In this document: piece by piece, positions 24,730 through 32,749 of the stretch
Position numbering within the stretch: position 1 is the stretch's first letter
How the letters are laid out: every line of letters begins with the position of its first letter
Origin: a virus
Taxonomy: Duplodnaviria > Caudoviricetes
Length of the DNA: 32,749 bases
IMG/VR virus record: IMGVR_UViG_3300030430_002976
Coordinates: 1-32,749 of that record
Reading direction: 5' to 3' (one strand)
The notes under the pieces: generated by a model
Databases searched by the model: none
Told to the model about the DNA's origin: nothing
What the model saw: only the letters and a program-made list of their open reading frames with translations
Position numbers and translations under genes: made by a program

Positions 24730-24893
24730 ACAGAAACCTTATCTGGCTTCATGTCGATGAAGCTGGCCGCCCCTTGCGTCCATACAGCCGTTTGCGCGAA
24801 GCGCTGCGGGTCATGGGCGTCGTGGTTGGCTGTCTCTTTGTACTGTTTTGTCTTTGGTGCTTTGTCGTCCTTCTTTCACTTTTGGGAGGTTAG
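24726..24893 (+). CDS. Small membrane protein
   Basis: MNRNLIW... with C-terminal hydrophobic helix; ATGA overlap. Confidence 0.55.
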   Translation: MNRNLIWLHVDEAGRPLRPYSRLREALRVMGVVVGCLFVLFCLWCFVVLLSLLGG

Positions 24894-24894
24894 A

Positions 24895-25245
24895 ATGGTG
24901 CAACAAGATTTACTCGAATGGCCTGGTCGCGCCGGCCCAAACGTCCACAAAGATGCTAGAGACACAGAGATCGAGGCCGCTGAGTTTGTGGCCCCGAAAG
25001 TGACGGGCCTGCGGCTCAAGGCTCTCATAGCGCTCAAAGACGCGCCAGCGGGGCTGACCGGTAGTCAAGTGGCCCAGAAAATGGGCGCTTGGATCTACAG
25101 CGTGAAGCCTCGCCTGACAGAGCTTGACCGCATGAAGCTGGTTGAAGACAGCCAGCGTCGCGAGAAAAACGACCGTGGCCGCAAAGAAGTCGTCTGGCAG
25201 ATTACAGCAGCCGGTCGTGAGTTTTTGGAGACGCTGAATGACTGA
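24895..25245 (+). CDS. Winged-helix DNA-binding protein
   Basis: GLTGSQVA..SVKPRLTEL..LVEDS.RR..GRKEVVWQIT; GGAGG RBS before ATG 24895. Confidence 0.75.
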   Translation: MVQQDLLEWPGRAGPNVHKDARDTEIEAAEFVAPKVTGLRLKALIALKDAPAGLTGSQVAQKMGAWIYSVKPRLTELDRMKLVEDSQRREKNDRGRKEVVWQITAAGREFLETLND

Positions 25246-25894
25246 AAGCAGCAAAATAAATACTGCCATAGCAAGGGCAATGGGAGAGGTGCAAAAGCTG
25301 CCCAAGGATGACCGCAATGAACACGGGAAATACAGCTTTGCTTCAATTGACAGATTTCTTGATGCGTGCCGGCCGATATGCGCGGCGCACGGCTTACATC
25401 CAAACATCGACGGCGTAGCCTCAGACACATTCATGGCTGGCAGTAATAAGCTGTGGGGCAAATTTAGCTACCGCATCTCGATGCACCATGAGTCGGGTGA
25501 AAGCACTGAGCCATCCGGCTTGGATGTCATGTTGCCTTTGACCGGCGCGCAAACTAGCGGCTCTGCACAAAGTTATGCGCTGAAGCAATATCTGCGCGGC
25601 TTGCTGATGATATCTACTGGTGAAAAAGACGATCCTGATTTTAATCAGCCAGCACCCAAAGACGGTGTCGAGGCTTCACCAGCGCCGGTTGTCCAGCAAC
25701 CGGTGAGCGAGAAAAGCCCTGAACAAATGGAAACAGAGATAAAAAAACAAACGACTTTGGTCGGGTTGAACACCTGGCAGCAAGAAAATCTTCATTGCTT
25801 GTCGGCGCTGCAACAAAGCGATTACGACCTATGGCAACGTCTTTACAATGTGTGGCTAGAGAGAGAGAAGGAGATCCGAAATGGCAGCACCTGA
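25238..25894 (+). CDS. erf: ERF-family single-strand annealing protein
   Basis: KDDRN..KYSFAS.D, HESGE, QTSGSAQSYALKQYL.GLLMISTGEKDDPD signature. Confidence 0.85.
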   Translation: MTESSKINTAIARAMGEVQKLPKDDRNEHGKYSFASIDRFLDACRPICAAHGLHPNIDGVASDTFMAGSNKLWGKFSYRISMHHESGESTEPSGLDVMLPLTGAQTSGSAQSYALKQYLRGLLMISTGEKDDPDFNQPAPKDGVEASPAPVVQQPVSEKSPEQMETEIKKQTTLVGLNTWQQENLHCLSALQQSDYDLWQRLYNVWLEREKEIRNGST

Positions 25895-26270
25895 CTTTAA
25901 AAACGGCAAGCTGCAGCTCATAAGCGGGTTCAGTGTATCTGATCGCGTTAGCATGAGCTGCTGGTTGAACATTACAGATCCAGCGCTACTGGAAGCGGTG
26001 ATGGCGCATTACCATTCCACTGGTGAGCGCCCTGGCTTCTCAATGCAGAAAAAGGTCAACGACCGTTACGAGGACGTGGCAAAAGCCAAAATGTTCAACG
26101 ACGTGCTCGATCCGTATGAGGGTCAAAAGCAGCAGCCGCCACAGCAGCAGGCACCGCAGGGCTTTGCCCCTCAGCAGCCAGCGCCGCAACAGCCAGCCCA
26201 GGGCGGCTTTGCACCTCAGCAACCAGCCCCGCAAGGCGGCTTCAGCTACCAGCAGGCCAAGAATGGCTAG
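25881..26270 (+). CDS. Putative ssDNA-binding protein with Q/P-rich tail
   Basis: Follows erf; C-terminal GFAPQQPAPQ repeats. Confidence 0.5.
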   Translation: MAAPDFKNGKLQLISGFSVSDRVSMSCWLNITDPALLEAVMAHYHSTGERPGFSMQKKVNDRYEDVAKAKMFNDVLDPYEGQKQQPPQQQAPQGFAPQQPAPQQPAQGGFAPQQPAPQGGFSYQQAKNG

Positions 26271-26487
26271 GCAGGCTTTGTTGCCCCTGAGTGAGGCGTG
26301 CGTGCTTCTTCTTGGTCAATACAACGAGAATGAGCGGCGCAGAGTGAAGCGCTGGATTGAGCGAGGCGTCATTAAGGCAGTCAAGGATGGCGCAAGGTTC
26401 TACATCCCGCGTGCAGAAATTACCCGACTAGCAGGAGATTCTGATGGGCAGGAAATGGACGCCAGAAGAACGTGCGCGTCAGAGTGA
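26263..26487 (+). CDS. Excisionase-like HTH protein
   Basis: From ATG 26263: LSEAC..VKRWIERGVIKAVKDGARFYIPRAEI. Confidence 0.7.
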   Translation: MARQALLPLSEACVLLLGQYNENERRRVKRWIERGVIKAVKDGARFYIPRAEITRLAGDSDGQEMDARRTCASE

Positions 26488-26674
26488 GGCTATCAAGGCT
26501 TACTGGCAGCGTAAAAAACAGAAAGAGGCAATTCAGCAAGGCCAAGCTGCACAAAAGCAAACTCCATCGTATGACTGGTATCGTAAATACCGGCAACAGT
26601 TGGATGAACACAAAAAAGATCCATATGGTATTCTCAAATATTGGAATTGGTTGCGCTTGAAGCGCGGAAAATGA
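26444..26674 (+). CDS. Hypothetical protein
   Basis: 76 aa, AGGAG RBS; KWTPEERARQSEAIKAYW. Confidence 0.65.
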   Translation: MGRKWTPEERARQSEAIKAYWQRKKQKEAIQQGQAAQKQTPSYDWYRKYRQQLDEHKKDPYGILKYWNWLRLKRGK

Positions 26675-26675
26675 C

Positions 26676-26700
26676 AGGGGCGCGGTAGCGCCCTTTCTTC
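26676..26700 (+). terminator. Rho-independent terminator of the plus-strand operon
   Basis: GGGCGC-GGTA-GCGCCC followed by TTTCTTC, directly after the stop and at the strand convergence. Confidence 0.7.
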
Positions 26701-26764
26701 TTACGACTGCTTTGTCTTTTAAAGACAATTTAGACGCACAAAAAAGATATTGTTTGCGGTGCGG

Positions 26765-27055
26765 TTAGGCTTTTTTCGTCTTCTTCTTCGCGCCGCCTTT
26801 AAGCAGATCCGCATCTGCCTTGCGCGCCCCGCCGCGCCCACTGACAAACGAATTTACACGGCCTCTTGACCAACTCGTCATGTTTGTGCCTGGTCTGCTA
26901 CCGCTCGACAAAAACGCTGCCTTGCCGCGCTGCAGAACCTTGCGAAGAGTTGAAACGCTGAACCGGCTTTCGGCTGCTTTCTTGCGCAGGAAAGCCTCGT
27001 CAGAACTACCGCCGCCGCGTTTTTTTGCGGGTCTTTTTTTTGCCTTGGTTGCCAC
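26765..27055 (-). CDS. Small basic protein
   Basis: K/R-rich; TLRKVLQRG..SSGSRPG..WSRGRVNSF; likely GTG start at 27055 (ORF track 27064). Confidence 0.65.
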   Translation of the reverse strand: MATKAKKRPAKKRGGGSSDEAFLRKKAAESRFSVSTLRKVLQRGKAAFLSSGSRPGTNMTSWSRGRVNSFVSGRGGARKADADLLKGGAKKKTKKA

Positions 27056-27224
27056 GAGCTTCATTCACCTTTTTCAAATCAATTTTTTCACCACGTCGGT
27101 AAGCGGCTGCAGTGCGTTTAATCTCTGCAGCCTGCTTCGACGGATTACGCGCCCCGCGAACATACTTGGACGGAAGTCCTGTCTTTTTGTCCTTGGGAAC
27201 GCGCTTGAACTTGCGACGAGGCAT
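27006..27224 (-). CDS. Small basic protein
   Basis: 72 aa; VPKDKKTGLPSKYVRG. Confidence 0.65.
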   Translation of the reverse strand: MPRRKFKRVPKDKKTGLPSKYVRGARNPSKQAAEIKRTAAAYRRGEKIDLKKVNEARGNQGKKKTRKKTRRR

Positions 27225-27344
27225 TTAGTACATACGCCCCATACGACCAGTCCGACGCATTGCCGGCTTTTTCTTTTTCTTTGCCGACGCCTTGGTGGGC
27301 TTCTTTTTCTTCATCATCATTTTTTTCATCGTATGACCTGGCAT
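27225..27344 (-). CDS. 39-aa Lys/Met-rich peptide (not in ORF track)
   Basis: MPGHTMKKMMMKKKKPTKASAKKKKKPAMRRTGRMGRMY; AGGAGG RBS. Confidence 0.7.
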   Translation of the reverse strand: MPGHTMKKMMMKKKKPTKASAKKKKKPAMRRTGRMGRMY

Positions 27345-27353
27345 GGAAACCTC

Positions 27354-27512
27354 CTATTTGCCGACCTTACGCATCGCCGCTCGATGCGCTTCCTTAAATG
27401 TCTTGCCAGCACGCATTGACTTACGCATTTCTGACATATGCTTTGCGGTGTGATGCACCTTGTGCCGCTTAAGTGCCGCCTCCTGGCGTGCTGTTAGCTT
27501 TTTCATCTTCAT
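27354..27512 (-). CDS. 52-aa basic His-rich protein (not in ORF track)
   Basis: MKMKKLTARQEAALKRHKVHHTAKHMSEMRKSMRAGKTFKEAHRAAMRKVGK; TGATG coupling. Confidence 0.7.
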   Translation of the reverse strand: MKMKKLTARQEAALKRHKVHHTAKHMSEMRKSMRAGKTFKEAHRAAMRKVGK

Positions 27513-27781
27513 CAGCAGTCCCACTTTCTCAGCGCCTTGTTGATCCGGCTGTTAGGATCACGCGCCGTCTTTTTACTGGTCAGCTTCTTTTTCATGCCCA
27601 GCATCCTCGCGCAGAAAGACTTGCGACGAGCTGCAGCTTTGGGACTGCGCTTCGCCTGCTTTCTTGAAACGGGTGCCTTGAGGTTCATGCCCTGGCGGCG
27701 TGCAGATGCCCTGCCCTTGCGGTTCAGGCCACCAGATGGAGACTTGCCAGCCGACCGCTGCCAAGTGGGCGTCCTAGCCAT
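27512..27781 (-). CDS. Small basic phage protein (DUF6321-like)
   Basis: GGLNRKGR, NLKAPV, RRKSFCARM, DPNSRINKALRKWDC. Confidence 0.7.
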   Translation of the reverse strand: MARTPTWQRSAGKSPSGGLNRKGRASARRQGMNLKAPVSRKQAKRSPKAAARRKSFCARMLGMKKKLTSKKTARDPNSRINKALRKWDC

Positions 27782-28226
27782 CTGCGACGGCTCTGATACG
27801 GTCGCTGATGCGATAGGCGCGGTGCGGTGTTTGCTCTTTGGCCCAGCGGCTGTCGAGGATTTCGTCGGCTAAAGCCGACCAGTTGCCTTCGTTGGCGTAA
27901 GCAATTGATCGTTTGAATTTGCTTAAAGACGGGCGTCCTAATTGAAAGGCCATATTTGCCAGGCACAACTTTATTTCTTCCGGCATGTTGTCAAAATCTT
28001 TAAAGATCATACGGCAGTCGTCAATCGTCACCGCAATGTCACTTTCAAACGCTTCGTCGATTCGGTCGTCGCTGACCTCTGTGCCGACTGGCAACGGCCA
28101 CTCAGGATCATCAAGAGTCACGAGATGGCCCACGCCCATAGTTTTGTGCCCGAGTGAGCATAAATACAAAGAGTTTACGCGCCCCTCGTCGCTGGCAATT
28201 TGTTCGCGTAGCAACTCAATATTCAT
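27774..28226 (-). CDS. Endolysin, T4-type lysozyme (GH24)
   Basis: DEG..LYLCSLG..TMGVGH catalytic region, NMAFQLG, DSRWAKEQTP.RA. Confidence 0.9.
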   Translation of the reverse strand: MNIELLREQIASDEGRVNSLYLCSLGHKTMGVGHLVTLDDPEWPLPVGTEVSDDRIDEAFESDIAVTIDDCRMIFKDFDNMPEEIKLCLANMAFQLGRPSLSKFKRSIAYANEGNWSALADEILDSRWAKEQTPHRAYRISDRIRAVADG

Positions 28227-28354
28227 GCGCGCCTCGTCTTTTTCTTTTTTTTCTTCTTGTTGAGAGCTGTGAAGTCAGCGCGAGTGATCTTGTTACGCGG
28301 CTTGGCAGCGGCAGCCAGGCGCTTCTGCTTTGGGGAATACTTGGAAAACGGCAT
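28223..28354 (-). CDS. 43-aa basic peptide (not in ORF track)
   Basis: MPFSKYSPKQKRLAAAAKPRNKITRADFTALNKKKKKKKTRRA; TAATG and ATGA overlaps fill the holin-endolysin gap exactly. Confidence 0.7.
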   Translation of the reverse strand: MPFSKYSPKQKRLAAAAKPRNKITRADFTALNKKKKKKKTRRA

Positions 28355-28749
28355 TACTTGGCAATCCCTTTTGTTTTTTCAAAGGTACGCAGAGTGCCTA
28401 GGCCCAACATGCCCATCAGGACTGTCAGCAAAGACGACATATCGAAGGTCGGTAACTCAGGAATAGTCACGCCGATGTAGGCGCATACAAACATCGTTAG
28501 GGGCGCTAAAACGAAATGCCATGCCAAGGCAATGCCGCACGTCCAGCCCACAAAAGGACGCCAGCCAGCTACAAAGATGCTGCGGTGCTGTGCCTCTGCT
28601 TTATTGATTTCAAGCTGCCCTTTAGCCAGCTCCTGAGCGTGGTTCTGTGCCATCGTGGCGACTTCATGTGCCAGCCGCGCCTTCTGGTCTTTGTCCTCGA
28701 TGAACTTGTCCAGCAGGCCAGTTACCGGCCCAATCAATGCTTGGATCAC
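28354..28749 (-). CDS. Holin (3-TM / GTA-holin family)
   Basis: LLDKFIEDKD, QLEINKAEA, FVAGWRPFVGW, GMLGLG.LRTFEK. Confidence 0.85.
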   Translation of the reverse strand: MIQALIGPVTGLLDKFIEDKDQKARLAHEVATMAQNHAQELAKGQLEINKAEAQHRSIFVAGWRPFVGWTCGIALAWHFVLAPLTMFVCAYIGVTIPELPTFDMSSLLTVLMGMLGLGTLRTFEKTKGIAK

Positions 28750-29066
28750 TTTTTATCTCCCATTTGAGTGAACCCCATGTACGCGCCCACAACGCCGCTC
28801 AGCGAGATGTACAGCAACGGGCTGACCTCGCTCAGTAGCTTAATGCGGCTGTCGGGTATGAACGGCATAAACAACAAAATCGTGTAGACGCCCATGCCAA
28901 TGAGCGCGAACCTGGCAAGCCGGAGCTGCGCTAGGTGCTTGCGGCTCTTGTCTTCTGTCTCTCGGATCTCGCGTGCGCGTTCTATCTCTGCGTCAGAGAC
29001 AATCCCATCATTGTCGAGGTCATAACGCTCAAACTCGCTAGACCTCTCCAGCTTTTTCTGGGCCAC
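28746..29066 (-). CDS. Two-TM membrane protein with EF-hand-like loop
   Basis: DLDNDGIVSDAE loop followed by two hydrophobic helices. Confidence 0.7.
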   Translation of the reverse strand: MAQKKLERSSEFERYDLDNDGIVSDAEIERAREIRETEDKSRKHLAQLRLARFALIGMGVYTILLFMPFIPDSRIKLLSEVSPLLYISLSGVVGAYMGFTQMGDKK

Positions 29067-30667
29067 TAGGGTGCGCTGCTTCCCATAAGCATTTCTGCCA
29101 ATAATTGGTTGGGGTCTTGAGCTGATAAAGCCGGCACCGCAGCCCTTGTGCCACGGCCCAAAGTGCTGACAGCGCCCCGCGCAAGAGGGACGCCAGGCTG
29201 GGTGTATGCGCCTGGGATCAGAGTCGTTGCTGCAAGGGTGGTTGGCTCCAGCGTCTGCAGCCCCATGCCACCCGCGCCACCAGTCACAATTTGGCGTGCA
29301 ACTTGACGCTGTGACGTGCCACTGTCAGGCACGACGCCGCCAATGACATCTTGAGCATCTTGCGCCAGCCGCTGCATACGAGCCTCGCCTGCACTAAACT
29401 TTGACTGTCGTTTTGTATTGTCGCCCTTGGCCGCAGATTGCAACAGATCACCAGGCGTGAAGCCTTCAACTGTCTTGCGTCGCAGTTCTGCGTTTCTGAC
29501 GATTTCAAACTGACCATAAGCCTGGTCGATTTGGTTAAGACGCGGTGCAAGTTTTGGGTTTTCACGGCTGATCGCGGCGTTCAATACGCTACGCAAATCC
29601 TCTAACGCATCAGCTTTTCGCAACGCCTCTTCTGATCCATCGCGATTCAGACGACTGATGAATCTACGCAAACTCGACTGAGCAAGTTTGAGGCTTTTGC
29701 CCGAAAGCTCACCCTCTGGGTTGATGCGATTGATGATGTCCTTGAAAGCACGATTGTCTACATATGCCTTCACGTCTGGGTCTACGCCTTTGGTCACCGT
29801 TATTAATTCATCAAGCAAACCAGAGGTGTCTTTGACAGTCATCTTGCCAAGGGTGCGGTTGTAATTGGCGGTCAAGGCGCGTTGGCCAAAACCTATGAGA
29901 GATTTACCCTCTAAACCTTTAGGTATCTTGATGCCTAGGGGCGCTAAAGCCTCAGTCACAGCAGCTCGATTGAATCCAACTTGTGCGCGATCTAAAGCGC
30001 CTCGCACTGCATCACCGACGATGAACACATTATCTGCAACGCCTTCCTCAAGCCGCTTCAGTCCGCGCCCTATCACACCGCTCTCTCCGACCGCTTGGCC
30101 TGGCGTCAGCGGGATACCCTTTGCTAACAGGTCTTTTGCTTTTGACGTCACACGAGGGGCAACTTTGTCCACGACCGGCCCAGCAACGCCGCTGATAATC
30201 GCGCTCGTGGCCGCGTCGTCAAGTCGCTCAATCGGATTGCCTTCCGCTGCGCCAAAGCCATAAATCCCGCCCTGCGCCGCTGATGTTGTGCCAACTTGGG
30301 CAGCGCGTTGCCCACCAGAGCCAAGCCCCGCAGCACGAGCAAGCTGCGTAACTCTGCCGGCTGTAGCGGTTTGCCCAACGCCGGGAATAAAATTAGCTGC
30401 AACTGTTGGCAGTATTGCCGCTGCGATCTCCGTGCCAAAAGCTGCGCCTGGGTTGCGCTTTCTGAAATCGTCAATTTTGCCGCGCACTTCCTTTACTGTT
30501 TCTGCGTAAGTTTTGTTGCTGTCCAGCGCAGCCCGAACCACCGCCTCTATCTCATCAGCGAAACCGAACGTAACTCCTTGTGCGCCGGCACGGCTGAAAT
30601 CGGCCACGACATCACCAGTAGTGCGCTCAACTGTCGGTGCAGTTTTTGATTCTCTTGGTAATGGCAT
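29066..30667 (-). CDS. Putative DNA ejection (internal virion) protein
   Basis: 533 aa, A/G-rich; QGVTFGFADE, LTPGQ, VPDSGT motifs. Confidence 0.65.
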   Translation of the reverse strand: MPLPRESKTAPTVERTTGDVVADFSRAGAQGVTFGFADEIEAVVRAALDSNKTYAETVKEVRGKIDDFRKRNPGAAFGTEIAAAILPTVAANFIPGVGQTATAGRVTQLARAAGLGSGGQRAAQVGTTSAAQGGIYGFGAAEGNPIERLDDAATSAIISGVAGPVVDKVAPRVTSKAKDLLAKGIPLTPGQAVGESGVIGRGLKRLEEGVADNVFIVGDAVRGALDRAQVGFNRAAVTEALAPLGIKIPKGLEGKSLIGFGQRALTANYNRTLGKMTVKDTSGLLDELITVTKGVDPDVKAYVDNRAFKDIINRINPEGELSGKSLKLAQSSLRRFISRLNRDGSEEALRKADALEDLRSVLNAAISRENPKLAPRLNQIDQAYGQFEIVRNAELRRKTVEGFTPGDLLQSAAKGDNTKRQSKFSAGEARMQRLAQDAQDVIGGVVPDSGTSQRQVARQIVTGGAGGMGLQTLEPTTLAATTLIPGAYTQPGVPLARGAVSTLGRGTRAAVPALSAQDPNQLLAEMLMGSSAP

Positions 30668-31927
30668 TTATCCCTCGTAAATTTCAAAGGTTCCAAGCAG
30701 GCCGTTGAAGTACAAATCGCCGTTTTTCAACTCCCCTTCGTCAACCGCTTTGTCAAACTCTGCATCCGTCATGTACGCCTTCAATGCAGGCGCTACATTT
30801 TGATCTGCATATTCAGCAAAACCTATGAGGCTGTTATTTTCTTTCGCGTAAGTTTCCATTGCCTTTAGAATGTTAGCCCGCCGTTCAACCAGAGCCTGCA
30901 TAGACTTGACCAATGCTTTGTTAGCTTCAGGCGTGTTGCCCATGTTGGCTGTGGCGCTTGAGAAAAGACGCGCCTCAAAGTCTGACGTTGCGCCCGATCC
31001 TGCCACTCTCATGCGTGGAATAATGTAGTTAAATGCCGCTGTCAGAACCTGTTGGTTGTTTAAGTCGCGGATTTGTTCGTCGTTTAGGAATCCAAGCTGC
31101 TTACCTAAATTACGAATAGGCATGGTCAGATTAGTGACTGGGCCTGTTTCTGTGCCAGCCTCAAGCAAGCGGTCTGCAATGTTGAGCCTAGTGATAAGGT
31201 CAGCCTCACTATTCACTTGCTGACGCAAATCCTTAATGGTTGCGACAGCGGCTTTCGCTTCTTCTGTTGCAAAGGTTTGTGCTTGCTCATTTGCAATGTT
31301 GATAGAAGGGGTCACTGAAACGCTTGTTCCGGCCCCCGGACGCTCAATGTAGCCTTTATCGAGTAATGCCTGCGCCTTCGTTTGAACCGCTGGATCAGTG
31401 GTTAAGATGGATTTCACATCGCTGGGATCGTTAGGATTCACAAAGTTTAAAACGTCTGCTTTAGGCGCGGCTTTCGGCTGCACAAGATTGCTAAGCGTCG
31501 TTGTTTGACGCTGAGTGACCGGATTGGTCACAGTTGTCTCAACTGCCTTCAATCCGTTTTGGTCAACTATCTTAGATGTCGTTGTCGGCTGCAGCGAGGC
31601 AGTCATCAAAGCCTGTTCTGCGGCGCTTGGGTTAGCTGCAAACAAAGCCGCCACGCCAGGAGTGAGGTTCTGCGGCAGCGCAGCCTGCAGCGCCTCTGTA
31701 GCCTGCGCCTCACGTTGCGCCTGAGCGTCCAAAGCGTTGCGCTGGAGGTAAGCGCCAACGAGTGCGCTGGACAGCCTGCCAAGCCCTTGCAGAGGCGTCC
31801 TGACAGGCGCTGTACTGGCACCCTGGCCCATGAGCTGCTGGCCGAGGATGCGGCGCGGGTCAGATTGAAAAGCAGGGTTCAGTCGTTGAAACTGAAACGT
31901 AGGCATTGCGCGTGGTCGTAGAACCAT
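30668..31927 (-). CDS. Putative DNA ejection (internal virion) protein
   Basis: 419 aa; PLQGLGRLSSALVG N-terminus, GSGATSDFE motif, helical. Confidence 0.65.
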   Translation of the reverse strand: MVLRPRAMPTFQFQRLNPAFQSDPRRILGQQLMGQGASTAPVRTPLQGLGRLSSALVGAYLQRNALDAQAQREAQATEALQAALPQNLTPGVAALFAANPSAAEQALMTASLQPTTTSKIVDQNGLKAVETTVTNPVTQRQTTTLSNLVQPKAAPKADVLNFVNPNDPSDVKSILTTDPAVQTKAQALLDKGYIERPGAGTSVSVTPSINIANEQAQTFATEEAKAAVATIKDLRQQVNSEADLITRLNIADRLLEAGTETGPVTNLTMPIRNLGKQLGFLNDEQIRDLNNQQVLTAAFNYIIPRMRVAGSGATSDFEARLFSSATANMGNTPEANKALVKSMQALVERRANILKAMETYAKENNSLIGFAEYADQNVAPALKAYMTDAEFDKAVDEGELKNGDLYFNGLLGTFEIYEG

Positions 31928-31930
31928 TTT

Positions 31931-32749
31931 TTACCCCAGTAAGTAAGCTGCGCCAAGATTGCCGGCGAGACCAAATAGACCGCCAAGATTTGCAGAACGG
32001 TTGGCCATAGCCTGGTTGAAAGCGTTTTGCTGTGCGGCTTGCTGCGCGCCAAACGCGCCCAAGACATCAATGCCAGACGGTGCAAAAAAGCTGGCCTGCT
32101 GCACCTGTGGGCCTCCAAGCAAGGCTGCAAGCTCATTAAAGCCTTGACTGCGCAGCGCCTGTCTTTCAGCAATCTGACGCTGACGGCTTTGGTTTGCAAT
32201 CTGATTGCTAAGAAGCTGATCAGCGATCTGCTGCTGCCTGGCTGCGTTTGCAAGCTGCGTGTTGGCTGCGGCTTGACTGAACGCTTGTCCCTGTCGCGCT
32301 AGACCAAACTCACCAGTGGCTGCCCGTTCACCAAACTGCTGCGCCCTGATGTTGCGTGCTTGGTTTACAAGGCGGTCTGACTCTTGACCAGCCGCCAGTG
32401 TGGCCTGCTGCGCCAAGCGCTGTAGTTGCTCATTCTGCTGTGTTTCAAGGCGATTGATAGAATCATCATAAGCCTCAGACGTGATAGGGATGCCACGGTC
32501 TGCTAGGTTTTGCTCAAGCACGTTCCGTTGTCGCGTAAACTCTGGCTGCAACAAGCCGAGCTGCCTGTTAAACAGCGTTTGCTCGATGTTTGTGCGAAAG
32601 CCCTCTGGATCGCTTGTAAGGGCTGTCAGGCCGCTTGTGTCGAGCGCAGATGGTAGCGCTGCATCAGTGCTGATATTCTGCTGGAACGCCTGCAGACCAG
32701 CGGTCGGATCTGTTTCCTGTGCGGCCGTGATGCCGGCCAACGTGGGCAA
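31931..32749 (-). CDS. Putative DNA ejection/pilot protein (5' part outside window)
   Basis: Q/A-rich, LADRGI...SEAY, C-terminal GGLFGLAGNLGAAYLLG glycine-zipper-like helix. Confidence 0.65.
   Translation of the reverse strand: MPTLAGITAAQETDPTAGLQAFQQNISTDAALPSALDTSGLTALTSDPEGFRTNIEQTLFNRQLGLLQPEFTRQRNVLEQNLADRGIPITSEAYDDSINRLETQQNEQLQRLAQQATLAAGQESDRLVNQARNIRAQQFGERAATGEFGLARQGQAFSQAAANTQLANAARQQQIADQLLSNQIANQSRQRQIAERQALRSQGFNELAALLGGPQVQQASFFAPSGIDVLGAFGAQQAAQQNAFNQAMANRSANLGGLFGLAGNLGAAYLLG

Noticed and set aside
26128-26244. CAG-rich tandem repeats
   Set aside because: Explained as the coding Q/P-rich flexible tail (GFAPQQPAPQ) of the SSB-like protein.
27006-27064. Possible programmed frameshift fusing the two overlapping basic ORFs at A-runs
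   Set aside because: A GTG start at 27055 with an upstream AAGGTG explains the overlap, A-runs are expected from Lys codons, and no stimulatory structure was seen.

Overview
The window is most of the genome of a short-tailed (podovirus-like) dsDNA phage. Gene content and a dif-like site suggest a marine alphaproteobacterial host (inference). Most genes are on the minus strand. They run from a Cro-like regulator, Holliday-junction resolvase and small early genes through terS, an ART-like protein, terL, portal, an HlyC-type acyltransferase, scaffold, major capsid, adaptor/nozzle and a complex tail-fibre region to a truncated GNAT at the left edge. At the right edge are three probable ejection proteins, then holin, endolysin and a cluster of very basic mini-proteins. 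A short plus-strand operon encodes a PD-(D/E)XK exonuclease, an ERF annealing protein, an SSB-like protein and an Xis-like HTH. No integrase, CI repressor, DNA polymerase, primase, helicase, tRNA or CRISPR array was recognised. Three things stand out. (1) Seven paralogous ~130-aa tail genes all end in GDLA and are joined by a shared 13-bp RBS/stop/start junction; six form two ordered 'adaptor + subtype 1-2-3' modules. (2) An RTX-toxin-activating acyltransferase sits inside the head operon with no RTX toxin, overlapping a candidate substrate with an N-terminal K-G-rich motif. (3) A XerCD dif-like site lies beside terS. All calls come from reading motifs by eye; no database searches were run.
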